Positions 35,515-49,013 of a DNA stretch of 64,000 nucleotides are shown piece after piece. Source of the DNA: an uncultured Acidobacteriaceae bacterium (GTDB lineage Bacteria > Acidobacteriota > Terriglobia > Acidiferrales > UBA7541). Positions within the stretch are counted from its first letter, which is position 1. Every line of letters starts with the position of its first letter. Where the stretch lies: the NCBI GenBank assembly GCA_964533185.1, contig CAZHLD010000002.1, positions 59,791-123,790 on the forward strand. The letters are read 5' to 3'. The position numbers and the translations under genes are program-made. Under the pieces are notes generated by a model, which saw only the letters and a list, made by a program, of their open reading frames with translations, had not been told where the DNA came from and ran no database searches.

Positions 35515-37548
35515 GTGCGAATGAGAGAGCGCAAAGAGACCTCCACAGCACTACGTATGTTTGTTTGCGCGGTGATTGTGTGCTGGGGCTGTTCCCAGGT
35601 ACTTGGCCAGAGTTCAAAGCCTGATCTAACAGAAACCAGCCTGGAGACCCTGCTGAACATGCAGGTCTCCTCCGCCTCCCGCAAGCAGGAAAAGTTTTTC
35701 GAAACGTCTGCGGCAATCTTTGTCATTTCGGGGGAAGACATCAGGCGTTCGGGGCTCACCAGCATCCCGGAGCTGCTGCGCATGGTGCCGGGCCTGCAGG
35801 TGGCGCACATTGACGCCAACAAATGGGCCATCAGCGCGCGTGGATTCAATGGTCGGTTTGCCAACAAGCTGCTCGTGCTGATTGATGGTCGTTCGGTGTA
35901 CACCCCGTGGTTCTTCGGCGTGTACTGGGACGTGCAAGACGTTTTGCTCGAGGACATCGAGCGGATAGAGGTCATCCGCGGCCCGGGCGGCACTGTTTGG
36001 GGCGCTAATGCCACGAATGGCGTGATCAACATCATCACTCGGGCCGCTAAGGACACGCAGGGTGGCCTGCTCAGTGCCGGTGCCGGCAACCAGGAACGCG
36101 GCTTTGCCAGTCTACGCTACGGTGCACGCGCCGGAAGCAAGGGTCATTACCGCGTGTTCGCAAAATACTTCGATCGCGGCCCATTCGAACTGCCTTCAGG
36201 CCAAATCGCGCAGGATCAGTGGCATTTCGGGCGAGTTGGCCTCCGTGCGGAGTGGGAGCTGACGCCGAGCGACACGCTGATGTTCAACGCAAGCCTGTAC
36301 GGCGGGCGGGCCGGATTGACAACCACGCTGGTGACCTCCTTCTCTCCGCCATTTGAGCAAACGCTGGTGGGTGAAGCCCATGTGAGCGGCGGTCATGTTC
36401 TCGCGCGGTGGAAACGCAAGGTCTCCAAGCAATCCAACTTCGCAATGCAGCTCTACTACGACCGCACCGACCGCTACGAGTTCATCCAGGGCGAGCACCG
36501 CCAGACGGTGGATTTCGATTTCACCCAGCAGTTGGCCTGGGGTAATCACCACGACCTGGTCTGGGGCCTGGGCTTCCGTTACACAACGGATCAGACCCAG
36601 CCCAGGTTTTTTGCCGCACTCGTCCCAGCCAGCCGGCAGGACCAGGTCTGGAGCGGATTCATTCAGGATGAGATTAGGTTGTTTTCCAAGCGCCTCCACC
36701 TGACCATAGGCTCGAAGTTCGAGCACAACGGATATACCGGGTTCGAGGTTCAGCCGAGTGCCCGAGCCTTGTGGTCCTTCACTCCCCATCATGCTGTGTG
36801 GGGCGCTATTTCTCGAGCCGTGCGCACTCCCTCCCGGGCGGAGCAGGATGTGCGCTTCATTTTGGGTGCGTTCTCGACTCCGACTGGCCCGCCCACGGTG
36901 ATTGCCGCATTCGGTGACCCGGCCTTCCGCTCGGAAGATCTTCTGGCCTATGAGCTGGGTTACCGCCTCAATCCGGGCAAGCGAATCTCCCTTGATCTGG
37001 CCACCTTCTATAACCTGTACGATCATCTCAGGGCGTTCCGACCGGAGGTGCCTTTTCTCGCGCTCGACCCTCCTCCGCCGCACATTGTTGTACCGCTTCG
37101 GTTGGTAAACGGGATGCGCGGCCATACCTACGGTGCGGAACTTGCCGGCAACCTGGACCTGACCCACAGGTGGCGGTTGAGCCCAGGGCTAACGTTCGTC
37201 CGCCAGCACCTGCGCGCCGCTCCGGGTACGAATAGCACCCTCTCGGAAGCGAACGAGGGCGACAACCCGGTCTGGCAAGCTCACTTGCGATCATTCGTGG
37301 ATCTCCCGCACCAGGTAGAGTGGGATTTGACGCTGCAGCTGGTTGGGCCCCTGGCCGCCCAGGACACGCCTCGTTACGCCAGACTGGACATGCGGCTTGG
37401 CTGGCTTCCGACCGACACCCTGAGTGTATGCGTAGTCCTGCAAAACTTGGCTGATCCTCGTCATCAGGAATTCAATGCCTTCCCACAGTTTGCTTCTAGT
37501 ACGCAGGTGCGCCGCAGCGCCTACGCCAAATTCACCTGGAGCTTCTGA
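35515..37548 (+). CDS. TonB-dependent receptor (plug + beta-barrel), no N-terminal signalling extension
   Basis: Signal peptide, plug motifs AIFVISGEDIRRSGLTSIPELLRMVPGLQV and IEVIRGPGGTVWGANATNGVINII, and a C-terminal ...AKFTWSF. ATG 35521 is an alternative start. Confidence 0.85.
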   Translation: MRMRERKETSTALRMFVCAVIVCWGCSQVLGQSSKPDLTETSLETLLNMQVSSASRKQEKFFETSAAIFVISGEDIRRSGLTSIPELLRMVPGLQVAHIDANKWAISARGFNGRFANKLLVLIDGRSVYTPWFFGVYWDVQDVLLEDIERIEVIRGPGGTVWGANATNGVINIITRAAKDTQGGLLSAGAGNQERGFASLRYGARAGSKGHYRVFAKYFDRGPFELPSGQIAQDQWHFGRVGLRAEWELTPSDTLMFNASLYGGRAGLTTTLVTSFSPPFEQTLVGEAHVSGGHVLARWKRKVSKQSNFAMQLYYDRTDRYEFIQGEHRQTVDFDFTQQLAWGNHHDLVWGLGFRYTTDQTQPRFFAALVPASRQDQVWSGFIQDEIRLFSKRLHLTIGSKFEHNGYTGFEVQPSARALWSFTPHHAVWGAISRAVRTPSRAEQDVRFILGAFSTPTGPPTVIAAFGDPAFRSEDLLAYELGYRLNPGKRISLDLATFYNLYDHLRAFRPEVPFLALDPPPPHIVVPLRLVNGMRGHTYGAELAGNLDLTHRWRLSPGLTFVRQHLRAAPGTNSTLSEANEGDNPVWQAHLRSFVDLPHQVEWDLTLQLVGPLAAQDTPRYARLDMRLGWLPTDTLSVCVVLQNLADPRHQEFNAFPQFASSTQVRRSAYAKFTWSF

Positions 37549-38172
37549 GTGGATGCTGGAGCCTGTGTCCAAAGTCAACGGCCGGACAGGCCCTCGCTCC
37601 TGTCCGCAGTGAAGATCGCGCGAAGGGTGCTTTTCTTGTTCACATTGGCAGTCTTTGCCAGCGGGCGCTTGGCCTGGGCGCAGTCTGACTCACCTTCCGA
37701 GTATCAGGTCAAAGCTGCGTTCCTTTATAACTTCGCTAAATTTGTCGAGTGGCCCTCCATTGCCTTTCCTGACTCCGGGTCTCCCTTCGTATTCGGCATC
37801 GTTGGTGATGATCCCTTCGAAGGCCAACTCACCACAATGCTCTTGGAGAAAAGCCTGAGTGGAAGGAGATTCGTCGTTCGGCGCTTTCGCCGGGACGAAG
37901 ACCTCCGCCAATGCCACGTTCTCTTCATCAGCTCTTCCGAGAAAAAGTTTCTGACGCTGATCCTGGGGAGCGTCAGGGGTTCCAGCGTCCTGACCGTCGC
38001 CGATACCGATGGCTTTGCCCGCCAGGGCGGGATAATCGGGCTGGTTTTGGAAGAAAACCGCGTGCGGCTCGAGGTGAATCCACAACTCGCTGAGCGCTCC
38101 CACCTAAAGATCAGCTCCAAGCTGCTCGCTCTGGCCCGGATCGTCGGAGAGAACGGGGTGAAGAGCAACTGA
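37549..38172 (+). CDS. YfiR-like periplasmic protein (DUF4154 family)
   Basis: Signature [18 protein letters not shown] after the signal peptide ([25 protein letters not shown]). GTG 37609 is a plausible true start. It abuts the receptor stop codon. Confidence 0.75.
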   Translation: MDAGACVQSQRPDRPSLLSAVKIARRVLFLFTLAVFASGRLAWAQSDSPSEYQVKAAFLYNFAKFVEWPSIAFPDSGSPFVFGIVGDDPFEGQLTTMLLEKSLSGRRFVVRRFRRDEDLRQCHVLFISSSEKKFLTLILGSVRGSSVLTVADTDGFARQGGIIGLVLEENRVRLEVNPQLAERSHLKISSKLLALARIVGENGVKSN

Positions 38173-38173
38173 G

Positions 38174-42114
<3,941 letters not shown>

Positions 42115-42118
<4 letters not shown>

Positions 42119-43110
42119 GAGTTCTTGTTGCCGATGATGAGCCGGTCTCCCGCCGTCTCTTGCAGTCCATGTTGGTGAAATGGGGCTACGATGTGCTGGC
42201 TGCCTCCGATGGCGATCAGGCCTGGGAGATCCTTCATGGTGAGCAGGCCCCGCGCCTGGCGTTGCTTGACTGGATGATGCCCGGTCGGAAGGGAATCGAG
42301 ATTTGCCGGGCTGTGCGCGCCCGTTTGAGCCAGCCCTATGTTTATATCCTTCTCCTGACCGCCCGGAAGGATAAAATTGATGTGATTGAGGGTCTCGAAT
42401 CCGGCGCAGACGATTACCTCACCAAGCCGTACTTTGCCCAGGAGCTTCGCGCCCGCCTGCGCGTGGGCGAGCGTATCCTTGAGCTGGAAGATCACCTGGT
42501 GGCTGCCCGCGAGGCCATGCACTTCCGTGCCACCCACGACCCGCTCACCGGCCTCTGGAATCGGGCGGCCATTCTGGACAGTTTGAATCGCGAGCTGCCT
42601 CGCGCTCACCGCGAAGGCCGCCCGCTGGGCATCCTGCTCGCAGATTTGGATCACTTCAAGAAGATCAACGACACCAATGGTCACCTCGCCGGGGATGAAG
42701 TCCTGCGTGAGGCCGCTCGCCGCATGCTGTCGGCGGTTCGCAGCTATGATCTGGTCGGCCGCTATGGCGGGGAGGAGTTCTTGCTGTTGCTTTCCGGCTG
42801 CGATGCGGCGAGCATCTTTGATCGCGCCGAACACCTGCGACGTGCGATTGCATCAGAACCGGTAAAGGCCGTCGAGGGCCCTCTGGAGGTCACCATCAGC
42901 GTGGGCGCCGTCACGTCCGCTGGACTCCGAGAGCTCGACGCGGACGCCTTTCTCCGGGCAGCGGATCAGGCGCTCTACCGGGCCAAAAATGCCGGCCGCA
43001 ATCGGGTTGAGATTGTCGGCCCGGACGAATTGCAGGCGTTGCTGCAGAACTCAGAAAAGACGCCCCGGCTTGCCAGCACGAAGGAAGAGTTGACGGCTCC
43101 TAAAGATTGA
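42115..43110 (+). CDS. Response regulator-diguanylate cyclase (REC-GGDEF)
   Basis: [10 protein letters not shown]...LLDWMMPG (D52). GGEEF at 42766-42780 with an RxxD I-site (RSYD) five residues upstream. GTGA overlap with the kinase stop. Confidence 0.9.
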
Positions 43111-43134
43111 GTCAGGAGCGAGCACAAGCTCTTT

Positions 43135-43512
43135 TTACCCGCCGGCCTTTTCGAGCTTCGCGGCGGTCTTCTTCTCCGGTGTGATGGTTTTCCGATAGAG
43201 CGTCAGTTTGCCATCGGCTACGTTGGCCAGATAGCGCCCGCCTCCGCGAAAAACGCTGGCGGTCGATGGTTGAACAACGTTGAACTGCATCACCCGGACT
43301 CCCCGCCGGGCCATCTCCGCCCAGCGCGAGCTGGTTTCCGGGTTCTGCTCAATGCCGCGGAGGGCCTGCCCCTGGACTTCGAAGTCCACCTGACGCAGTC
43401 GTTTCCTTTGCGTGCGGTGGACCGGATAGCTTCGGCCCTCCAGATCAACGAGGTTCACGTTTTCCTTCAGCGCCTGGCGCCAGACCGACACCAGCGCCTC
43501 TTCGAGCGTCAT
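43135..43512 (-). CDS. Hypothetical 125-aa protein (downstream gene of a coupled pair)
   Basis: ATG 43510-43512 shares nt 43512 with the TAA of the upstream gene. No family recognised. Basic C-terminus. Confidence 0.5.
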   Translation of the reverse strand: MTLEEALVSVWRQALKENVNLVDLEGRSYPVHRTQRKRLRQVDFEVQGQALRGIEQNPETSSRWAEMARRGVRVMQFNVVQPSTASVFRGGGRYLANVADGKLTLYRKTITPEKKTAAKLEKAGG

Positions 43513-43973
43513 TAGCCGGCGGCCTTGGCGCTGGGCCGCTGCATCTGCTGCATCATCTGGCGCATGGCTTCGGTGGAGCCGGGCGAACGCTTCTCCCGCC
43601 ATGCCTCCATTCGAGTGGCCACCGCTTCGAGGTTCGCAAAGATGTGTGGGCTCTTCATTGCTGACCGCCACGCCGGCACCACGGCGCGGATGCGGTCCCA
43701 CGCCACCCACAGCTCGCCCGTGTTCTCGAAGAAAAAGTCGTCGTCAATCAAGCCCCGGTTGACGACGCTCGCCACCATGTCCCAGTAACTGATGACCATC
43801 CGGATGTTCGTGTTTCCTTCGCTTCCTGGGGGGTACTTCGTCATCATCTCTTCCGGCGTGCTGGCCGAGTAGTTTTCCACGAACCAGGATCTTGCCTGGC
43901 GGAGTCGCGGCTCGCGCCGCATGTCGTACAGTTTCAAGAGAAGTTCAGCCTGCTGGTGTGTTACCTGTCCCAT
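43512..43973 (-). CDS. Hypothetical 153-aa protein (upstream gene of a coupled pair)
   Basis: Strong AAGGAG 7 nt before ATG 43973. The sequence is soluble-looking (…NIRMVISYWDMVASVVNRGLIDDDFFFENTGELWVAWDRIR…). No family assigned with confidence. Confidence 0.6.
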   Translation of the reverse strand: MGQVTHQQAELLLKLYDMRREPRLRQARSWFVENYSASTPEEMMTKYPPGSEGNTNIRMVISYWDMVASVVNRGLIDDDFFFENTGELWVAWDRIRAVVPAWRSAMKSPHIFANLEAVATRMEAWREKRSPGSTEAMRQMMQQMQRPSAKAAG

Positions 43974-44027
43974 GGTTTTCTCCTTTTGTGTGTTTATTCT
44001 CAGTTCATCGCGGAACTGAAAACTCGT

Positions 44028-44876
44028 TTAGAGCTCTCGCGCTGTGCCTAACAGACGCACGCGGTGCGCCCAGCTCAGCGCGATTTCGTCCTGGCTGCAC
44101 GCTGCCAGAACGCGGCGCCGCAGCTCGCGCGCCACTTCCTCGTTCCGGTTCGGCGCTGTGCGCACCTGCAGGCGCACGGTGACGCCGTTGAGCGTCATCG
44201 CCTCCACTCCCAGCACTCGCGGACCGTCCACCAGCGCCGCCGACCACACCGGGTCAGCGCGGAACTCGCCGCAGGTTCGCTCCAGGGTCCGCAGCGCCGC
44301 ATCCAGTGGCTGCTCGCTGTCGAATTCCAGGTCCAGGAATACCTGCGACCAGTCGCGGCTCAGGTTGGCGACCTCACGCATCTCACCATTCGGGATCGTG
44401 ACCACCGCCCCTCGCGCATCGCGCAACACGGTGCGCCGAAGTGTGACATGCTCCACACGTCCCGTCGTACTGCCCGCTCGGATTGTGTCGCCCACCACAA
44501 ACTGGTCCTCAAACACGATAAAGAAGCCATTGATCAGGTCGCGGATCAGGTTCTGCGCCCCAAAGCCCAGCGCCACGCTGGCCAAACCGGCCAGCGCCGC
44601 CAGCGGCGTCACGTTAATCCCGAACTCCGGCAACGCCATCAGCAGCGCCACCGCCATAATCAACACGATGCCCGCGCTCTGCAGCACACCGGCCAGTGTG
44701 CGCGTCTGCTGCTCGCGCATTCGCGCCACGCGCGATTCCGAGGTGGCCATCTTCACCAGCCGCCGGGTGAGCAGACGCAGGACGTGCGTCAGCCCGATGG
44801 CGAGCAGTAGGATACCGGCCAGCCGTAAGCCGGTCGCCAGTGCGAAGTTCATTCCCCGGAAGAGTTCAATGCTCAT
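44028..44876 (-). CDS. MscS-family mechanosensitive channel
   Basis: TM helices followed by ...GFGAQNLIRDLINGFFIVFEDQFVVGDTI...GRVEHVTLRRTVLRD. The start was chosen at MSIELFRG. Confidence 0.85.
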   Translation of the reverse strand: MSIELFRGMNFALATGLRLAGILLLAIGLTHVLRLLTRRLVKMATSESRVARMREQQTRTLAGVLQSAGIVLIMAVALLMALPEFGINVTPLAALAGLASVALGFGAQNLIRDLINGFFIVFEDQFVVGDTIRAGSTTGRVEHVTLRRTVLRDARGAVVTIPNGEMREVANLSRDWSQVFLDLEFDSEQPLDAALRTLERTCGEFRADPVWSAALVDGPRVLGVEAMTLNGVTVRLQVRTAPNRNEEVARELRRRVLAACSQDEIALSWAHRVRLLGTAREL

Positions 44877-44983
44877 ACAATGTAAGGGAGCGCGATTATA
44901 CCATTGGGCAGCCAACCCGGTGCCCGGTCGCTTGCTTCCCATAGAGCAGGGATTGGATCCGCGCTCGTCAATTGGGGGCATCT

Positions 44984-45385
44984 ATGAACGCAGGTCGTAG
45001 AGGATTTTTGGTCCGCATGGCTCCCTTCGCCCTTGTGGTGGGAGCAAGCAGTTGCTCGGCGTTTGAAGCGTTGGCACAGGCCACATCACCTCGTGGACAA
45101 AGCCCGCCGCCGCCCCCCGGCCCGGCCAACAATCCCCGGACGAACTTCCCTCCATTTCCTGAGACGCCCAAGCCTCCTGAACCCAAGCTCGACCCGCGGG
45201 CCGCGCTCAAGAAGAATCAGGAGGTGCTCAAGCGTGACGTCAAGCGTCTGGCGGAGCTGGCTCGCCAGTTGGAGAGCGAAATGGAAAAGACCGACGCGGC
45301 CGAAGTGCTCTCCCTTCAGGTCGTGCGCACGGCCGAAGAAATCGAAAAGCTGGCTAAGAACATCAAGAACCTGGCCCGCGGCTGA
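44984..45385 (+). CDS. Small Tat-signal protein with a Pro-rich linker and coiled-coil C-terminus, function unknown
   Basis: MNAGRRGFLVRMAPFALVVGASS... (twin-arginine RRxFL), a PPPPPGP stretch, and a heptad-like C-terminus. Confidence 0.5.
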   Translation: MNAGRRGFLVRMAPFALVVGASSCSAFEALAQATSPRGQSPPPPPGPANNPRTNFPPFPETPKPPEPKLDPRAALKKNQEVLKRDVKRLAELARQLESEMEKTDAAEVLSLQVVRTAEEIEKLAKNIKNLARG

Positions 45386-45543
45386 TCGGACTCTCCGCAG
45401 GCCGATTTTTCGTTCCGTGGAAACCTGAACACCTTCCTGTGCGTCTTTCTCCGCGGTTGTCAGGCACCTGGGGGTCTCTCCTGAGCCCTGTCGGGAGGCC
45501 TGAAGTTGTGCCATCCGAAATCCAAGTGAAACTGGAGGCTGGT

Positions 45544-48500
45544 GTGAAGCTTCGTCGCGTCGTGCTGTTGGTCTCTGTTTTTTTCTCGCTGGCCGCTGCT
45601 GGCTGGGCCAGGCCCATCAAGATCCCTCGCCATCCCGACTACCACAACGGGAAGATCGTCTTCAGCTATCTGAGCGACATCTGGATGGTGAATGAAGATA
45701 GCTCGAATCCGCGCCGCCTGACCGTGCACACGGCCCGCGACATCTATCCGCGTTTCTCGCCCGATGGCAAGTGGATCGCCTTCTCTTCGGATCGCTATGG
45801 CAACTACGACGTCTTCGTCATTCCCACTGATGGCGGCGAGCCGCGCCAGCTCACCTTCAACAGCTCGGCCGACACGGTGGTGGGATGGTCGCGCGACAGT
45901 AAGCGCGTGATCTTTTCCTCGGCGCGCGGCCTGCTCTACCCGGGCTCGCCGAATCTATATGAGGTGCCCGTCGACGGCGGCCTCGAGCAGCCTCTGCCCA
46001 CCGACTGGGGCACCTGGGGCAGCTACTCGCCCGACGGCAGCAAGTTCGTCTTCAACCGCCATCCCTTCCCCTGGTGGCGCAAGCACTACCGCGGCAGCTT
46101 TAGCGCCGACCTGTGGGTGATGGATGTCGTATCGAAGAATTCAAAGAAAATCCTTGATGAAAACCTGCCCGACGATCAGAAACCGAACAATTTCTGGCCC
46201 CAGTTCGGAAACGGCGAGATCTACTTTGTTTCCGACCGCGCCACCGCTGGTAAGGCCGGTTCGCCCGAAGTGATGAAATCTATCATCAACATCTGGAAAA
46301 TCCCCGCGGGCGGCGGAAAGCCGGTTCAGGTCACCAATCACAAGGACGGCTCGCTCTTTTTCCCCTCGATGTCCTCCGACGGCAAAGTGATCGTCTACGA
46401 GGAACACTTCGGCCTCTGGAAGCTCGACGTCGCCTCAGGAAAGACCACCGAAGTGCCCGTCGAAATCGTCTCCGACTGGAAAGAGAACAACTTTGAACTG
46501 ATGGCCATCAACGGCGAAGCGGATAGCTACGACCTCTCTCCCACCACGCGCCGTGCCGTCATCTCCACTCACGGCGAGCTGTTCACCATCGCCACCGACC
46601 GGGGTGATATCTCCCGCATTTCGCGCAGCGGCTGGCGCGATTCCTCGCCGCAGTGGTCGCCGGATGGCAACTGGATCGCCTTCGTCAGCGACCAGTCCGG
46701 CCGCGACGAAGTCTGGGTGATCGGCACCGACGGCAAGAACTCAAAGAAACTCTCCGATTCCGACACGGAAAAGAGCGCCATCGCCTGGCTGCCGGACTCG
46801 AAGTCGCTTATCTATTCCGCATCCCACCACAAGCTCTACTTCGTTGACGTGGCCAGCGGGGAGACCCGCGTTCTCACCTCGCACGACGTCAGCAACATCA
46901 ATTCTCCCGTCGTCTCGCCCGACGGCAAGTGGGTGGCGTACTCGAAACTCGACCGCGATCTCCGCAACCACGTCTATTTCCTGCCCATCGCCGGCGGCAC
47001 CGAGCAGCGCCTGCCCGACGACCGCCTCTTTGCCAGTTTTGGCCCGCGCTGGACGCCCGACGGCAAGAAACTCGTCTTTCTCGGCGGCTACGTACAGGCT
47101 GGCTCGGCCACACTGCGCGATAACGTCGCAGCGCTCTATAGCGTCTCGCTTACGAAGGAAGACCGGGACCCGATGACCCGCGACCTGGATAGCGAAGAAG
47201 CTGCTCGCGCTGCCGAGCGCGCTGCTCTCGACCGCGCTCCCCGGCCCGGCCAACAGGCGGCTGCTCCTGAGGTCAAGATTGATTTCGATGGAATGGACCG
47301 CCGCGTCCGCCAGGTCACCCGGCTCTCGGACAACATCCTCACTGCCGTCCCTGCGCCCGATAGCCGCAGCTACGCCTTTGTGGCCGTCGAAGACGTCGAG
47401 GGCCGCAATGTTTTCGTCCTCTACACCATTCAGGAAACCGGCGAGGGGATGCGGCGCGTCACGCAGTCGCAGGCGCCTCCACCGGACGCCGACGGCCCGC
47501 CGTTTGGCGGCTTTGGCGGGGCCATCGGTTCACTCCAGTATTCGAAGGACGGCCGCACGATCCACTTCCTTGAGGGCAATGGCATCTGGGCGGCCAGCGT
47601 GGGCGCGCCGGATGCTGGCGCCGCCGCTGCAGCACCGCGTCCCGCTGTCGATGCCGCACCGGCCGGAGCCGGCGGGCGGCGCCGCGTCAATTTCACCGTG
47701 CGCGTCGAGGTGAATAATCAGGAAGAGCGCCAGCAGGTCTTTGGCGAAGCCTGGCGCATCATGAAGAACCGCTTCTACGACTCACAAATGCACGGCGCCG
47801 ACTGGGCTGCACAGCGTGCGGTCTATCAGCCGCTGCTGGATTGGGCGGGCGATCGCGACGAGCTCCAGAACGTCGTCCTCCAGATGATTGGCGAGCTCAA
47901 CGCTTCCCACACTGGCATCAGCGGGGGCGGACCGCCTGACCGCAGCGCCATCCAGACCCGTTACCCCGGCTTTGAACTCGAGCCGGACGCCTCGGGCTAC
48001 TACAAGGTCTCTTACATCTACAAGAACGGCCCGGCCGACCGCGACTTCGTGAAAATCAGCGTCGGCAACTTTATCCTGGCCGTCAACGGCACGCCGCTCA
48101 AGTCCGGCGAGAATTACTGGCGGCTTTACAACCTCGCCCCCGGCCGCAAGTTCGAGTTCCTCGTAAACTCGAAGCCTGCCCCCGACGGGGCCTGGACCGC
48201 CACCGCCACGCCCATCAACGCCGGTGCTCATGGCACGCTCCTGTACGAGAAGTGGGTCGAAGAGCGGCGCCAAATGGTTGAGAAAATGTCCGGCGGCGAA
48301 CTCGGCTACCTGCACATCCGCCAGATGAACGAAGCGGCGCTGCGCAAGTTCGAGCGCGACCTGGCCGATAATCACTTCAAGAAGGCGCTGATCATCGATC
48401 AGCGCTTCAACCCCGGCGGCGGCATCGACCAGGAACTTCTGGAAATCCTCCAGCAGAAGCAGTATCAGTACACGCGCGGCCGCGACTCCGTCTACATCAC

Positions 48501-48873
48501 TCGTCCACAACGCGCCTTCTTCGGCGCGGTCGTCGTGATGCAGAACGAGCGCTCCACCTCCGACGCCGAAGTCTTCCCCGATGGCTTCCGCACCGTCAAG
48601 CTTGGCAAGGTCGTCGGCATCAATACCTACGGCGCCGTAATCGGCACCGGCGCCTATCGTCTCCTCGACGGCTCAATGATCCGCACGCCCGGCACAGGTT
48701 TATGGAGCATCACCGGCCAAAACCTCGAGAACTACGGCGTGCCACCCGACGTCTACGTTGACAACACTCCGGCAGACTTCTTGAAGGGCCGCGATGCCCA
48801 GCTCGAAAAGGCGATCGAGGTCTTGAAGGACGAGCTCAAGAAGAATCCGCCGAAGAACATCCCCGGGCGCTAG
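45544..48873 (+). CDS. Tricorn-protease-like periplasmic peptidase (PD40 beta-propellers + PDZ + S41 domain)
   Basis: Repeated ...FSPDGKWIAFSSDR / WSPDGNWIAFVSDQSG / VSPDGKWVAYS propeller blades. The C-terminal S41-like region has VVVMQNERSTSDAEVF. GTG 45544 lies 5 nt after GGAGG. Confidence 0.8.
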   Translation: MKLRRVVLLVSVFFSLAAAGWARPIKIPRHPDYHNGKIVFSYLSDIWMVNEDSSNPRRLTVHTARDIYPRFSPDGKWIAFSSDRYGNYDVFVIPTDGGEPRQLTFNSSADTVVGWSRDSKRVIFSSARGLLYPGSPNLYEVPVDGGLEQPLPTDWGTWGSYSPDGSKFVFNRHPFPWWRKHYRGSFSADLWVMDVVSKNSKKILDENLPDDQKPNNFWPQFGNGEIYFVSDRATAGKAGSPEVMKSIINIWKIPAGGGKPVQVTNHKDGSLFFPSMSSDGKVIVYEEHFGLWKLDVASGKTTEVPVEIVSDWKENNFELMAINGEADSYDLSPTTRRAVISTHGELFTIATDRGDISRISRSGWRDSSPQWSPDGNWIAFVSDQSGRDEVWVIGTDGKNSKKLSDSDTEKSAIAWLPDSKSLIYSASHHKLYFVDVASGETRVLTSHDVSNINSPVVSPDGKWVAYSKLDRDLRNHVYFLPIAGGTEQRLPDDRLFASFGPRWTPDGKKLVFLGGYVQAGSATLRDNVAALYSVSLTKEDRDPMTRDLDSEEAARAAERAALDRAPRPGQQAAAPEVKIDFDGMDRRVRQVTRLSDNILTAVPAPDSRSYAFVAVEDVEGRNVFVLYTIQETGEGMRRVTQSQAPPPDADGPPFGGFGGAIGSLQYSKDGRTIHFLEGNGIWAASVGAPDAGAAAAAPRPAVDAAPAGAGGRRRVNFTVRVEVNNQEERQQVFGEAWRIMKNRFYDSQMHGADWAAQRAVYQPLLDWAGDRDELQNVVLQMIGELNASHTGISGGGPPDRSAIQTRYPGFELEPDASGYYKVSYIYKNGPADRDFVKISVGNFILAVNGTPLKSGENYWRLYNLAPGRKFEFLVNSKPAPDGAWTATATPINAGAHGTLLYEKWVEERRQMVEKMSGGELGYLHIRQMNEAALRKFERDLADNHFKKALIIDQRFNPGGGIDQELLEILQQKQYQYTRGRDSVYITRPQRAFFGAVVVMQNERSTSDAEVFPDGFRTVKLGKVVGINTYGAVIGTGAYRLLDGSMIRTPGTGLWSITGQNLENYGVPPDVYVDNTPADFLKGRDAQLEKAIEVLKDELKKNPPKNIPGR

Positions 48874-49013
48874 CCACGATTCTCACCACGCCAACGAAGG
48901 GCCCGCGGGACACACCCTGCTACTCGCGGGCTCTTCGTCTTTTCAGGCGAAGTCCGCCTAAACCATTTTGGTAGTTGCGGCGCCGTGTTCATTTCCATCA
49001 AAGTGAAGTGGCT

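Noticed and set aside
36196-37167. 323-aa minus-strand ORF inside the TonB-dependent receptor, and 55242-56219 inside the porin
   Set aside because: These are shadow ORFs opposite well-supported outer-membrane protein genes.
44044-45000. 318-aa and 248-aa plus-strand ORFs over mscS
   Set aside because: They are antisense to a clear MscS-family gene, Ser/Arg-rich, and lack motifs.
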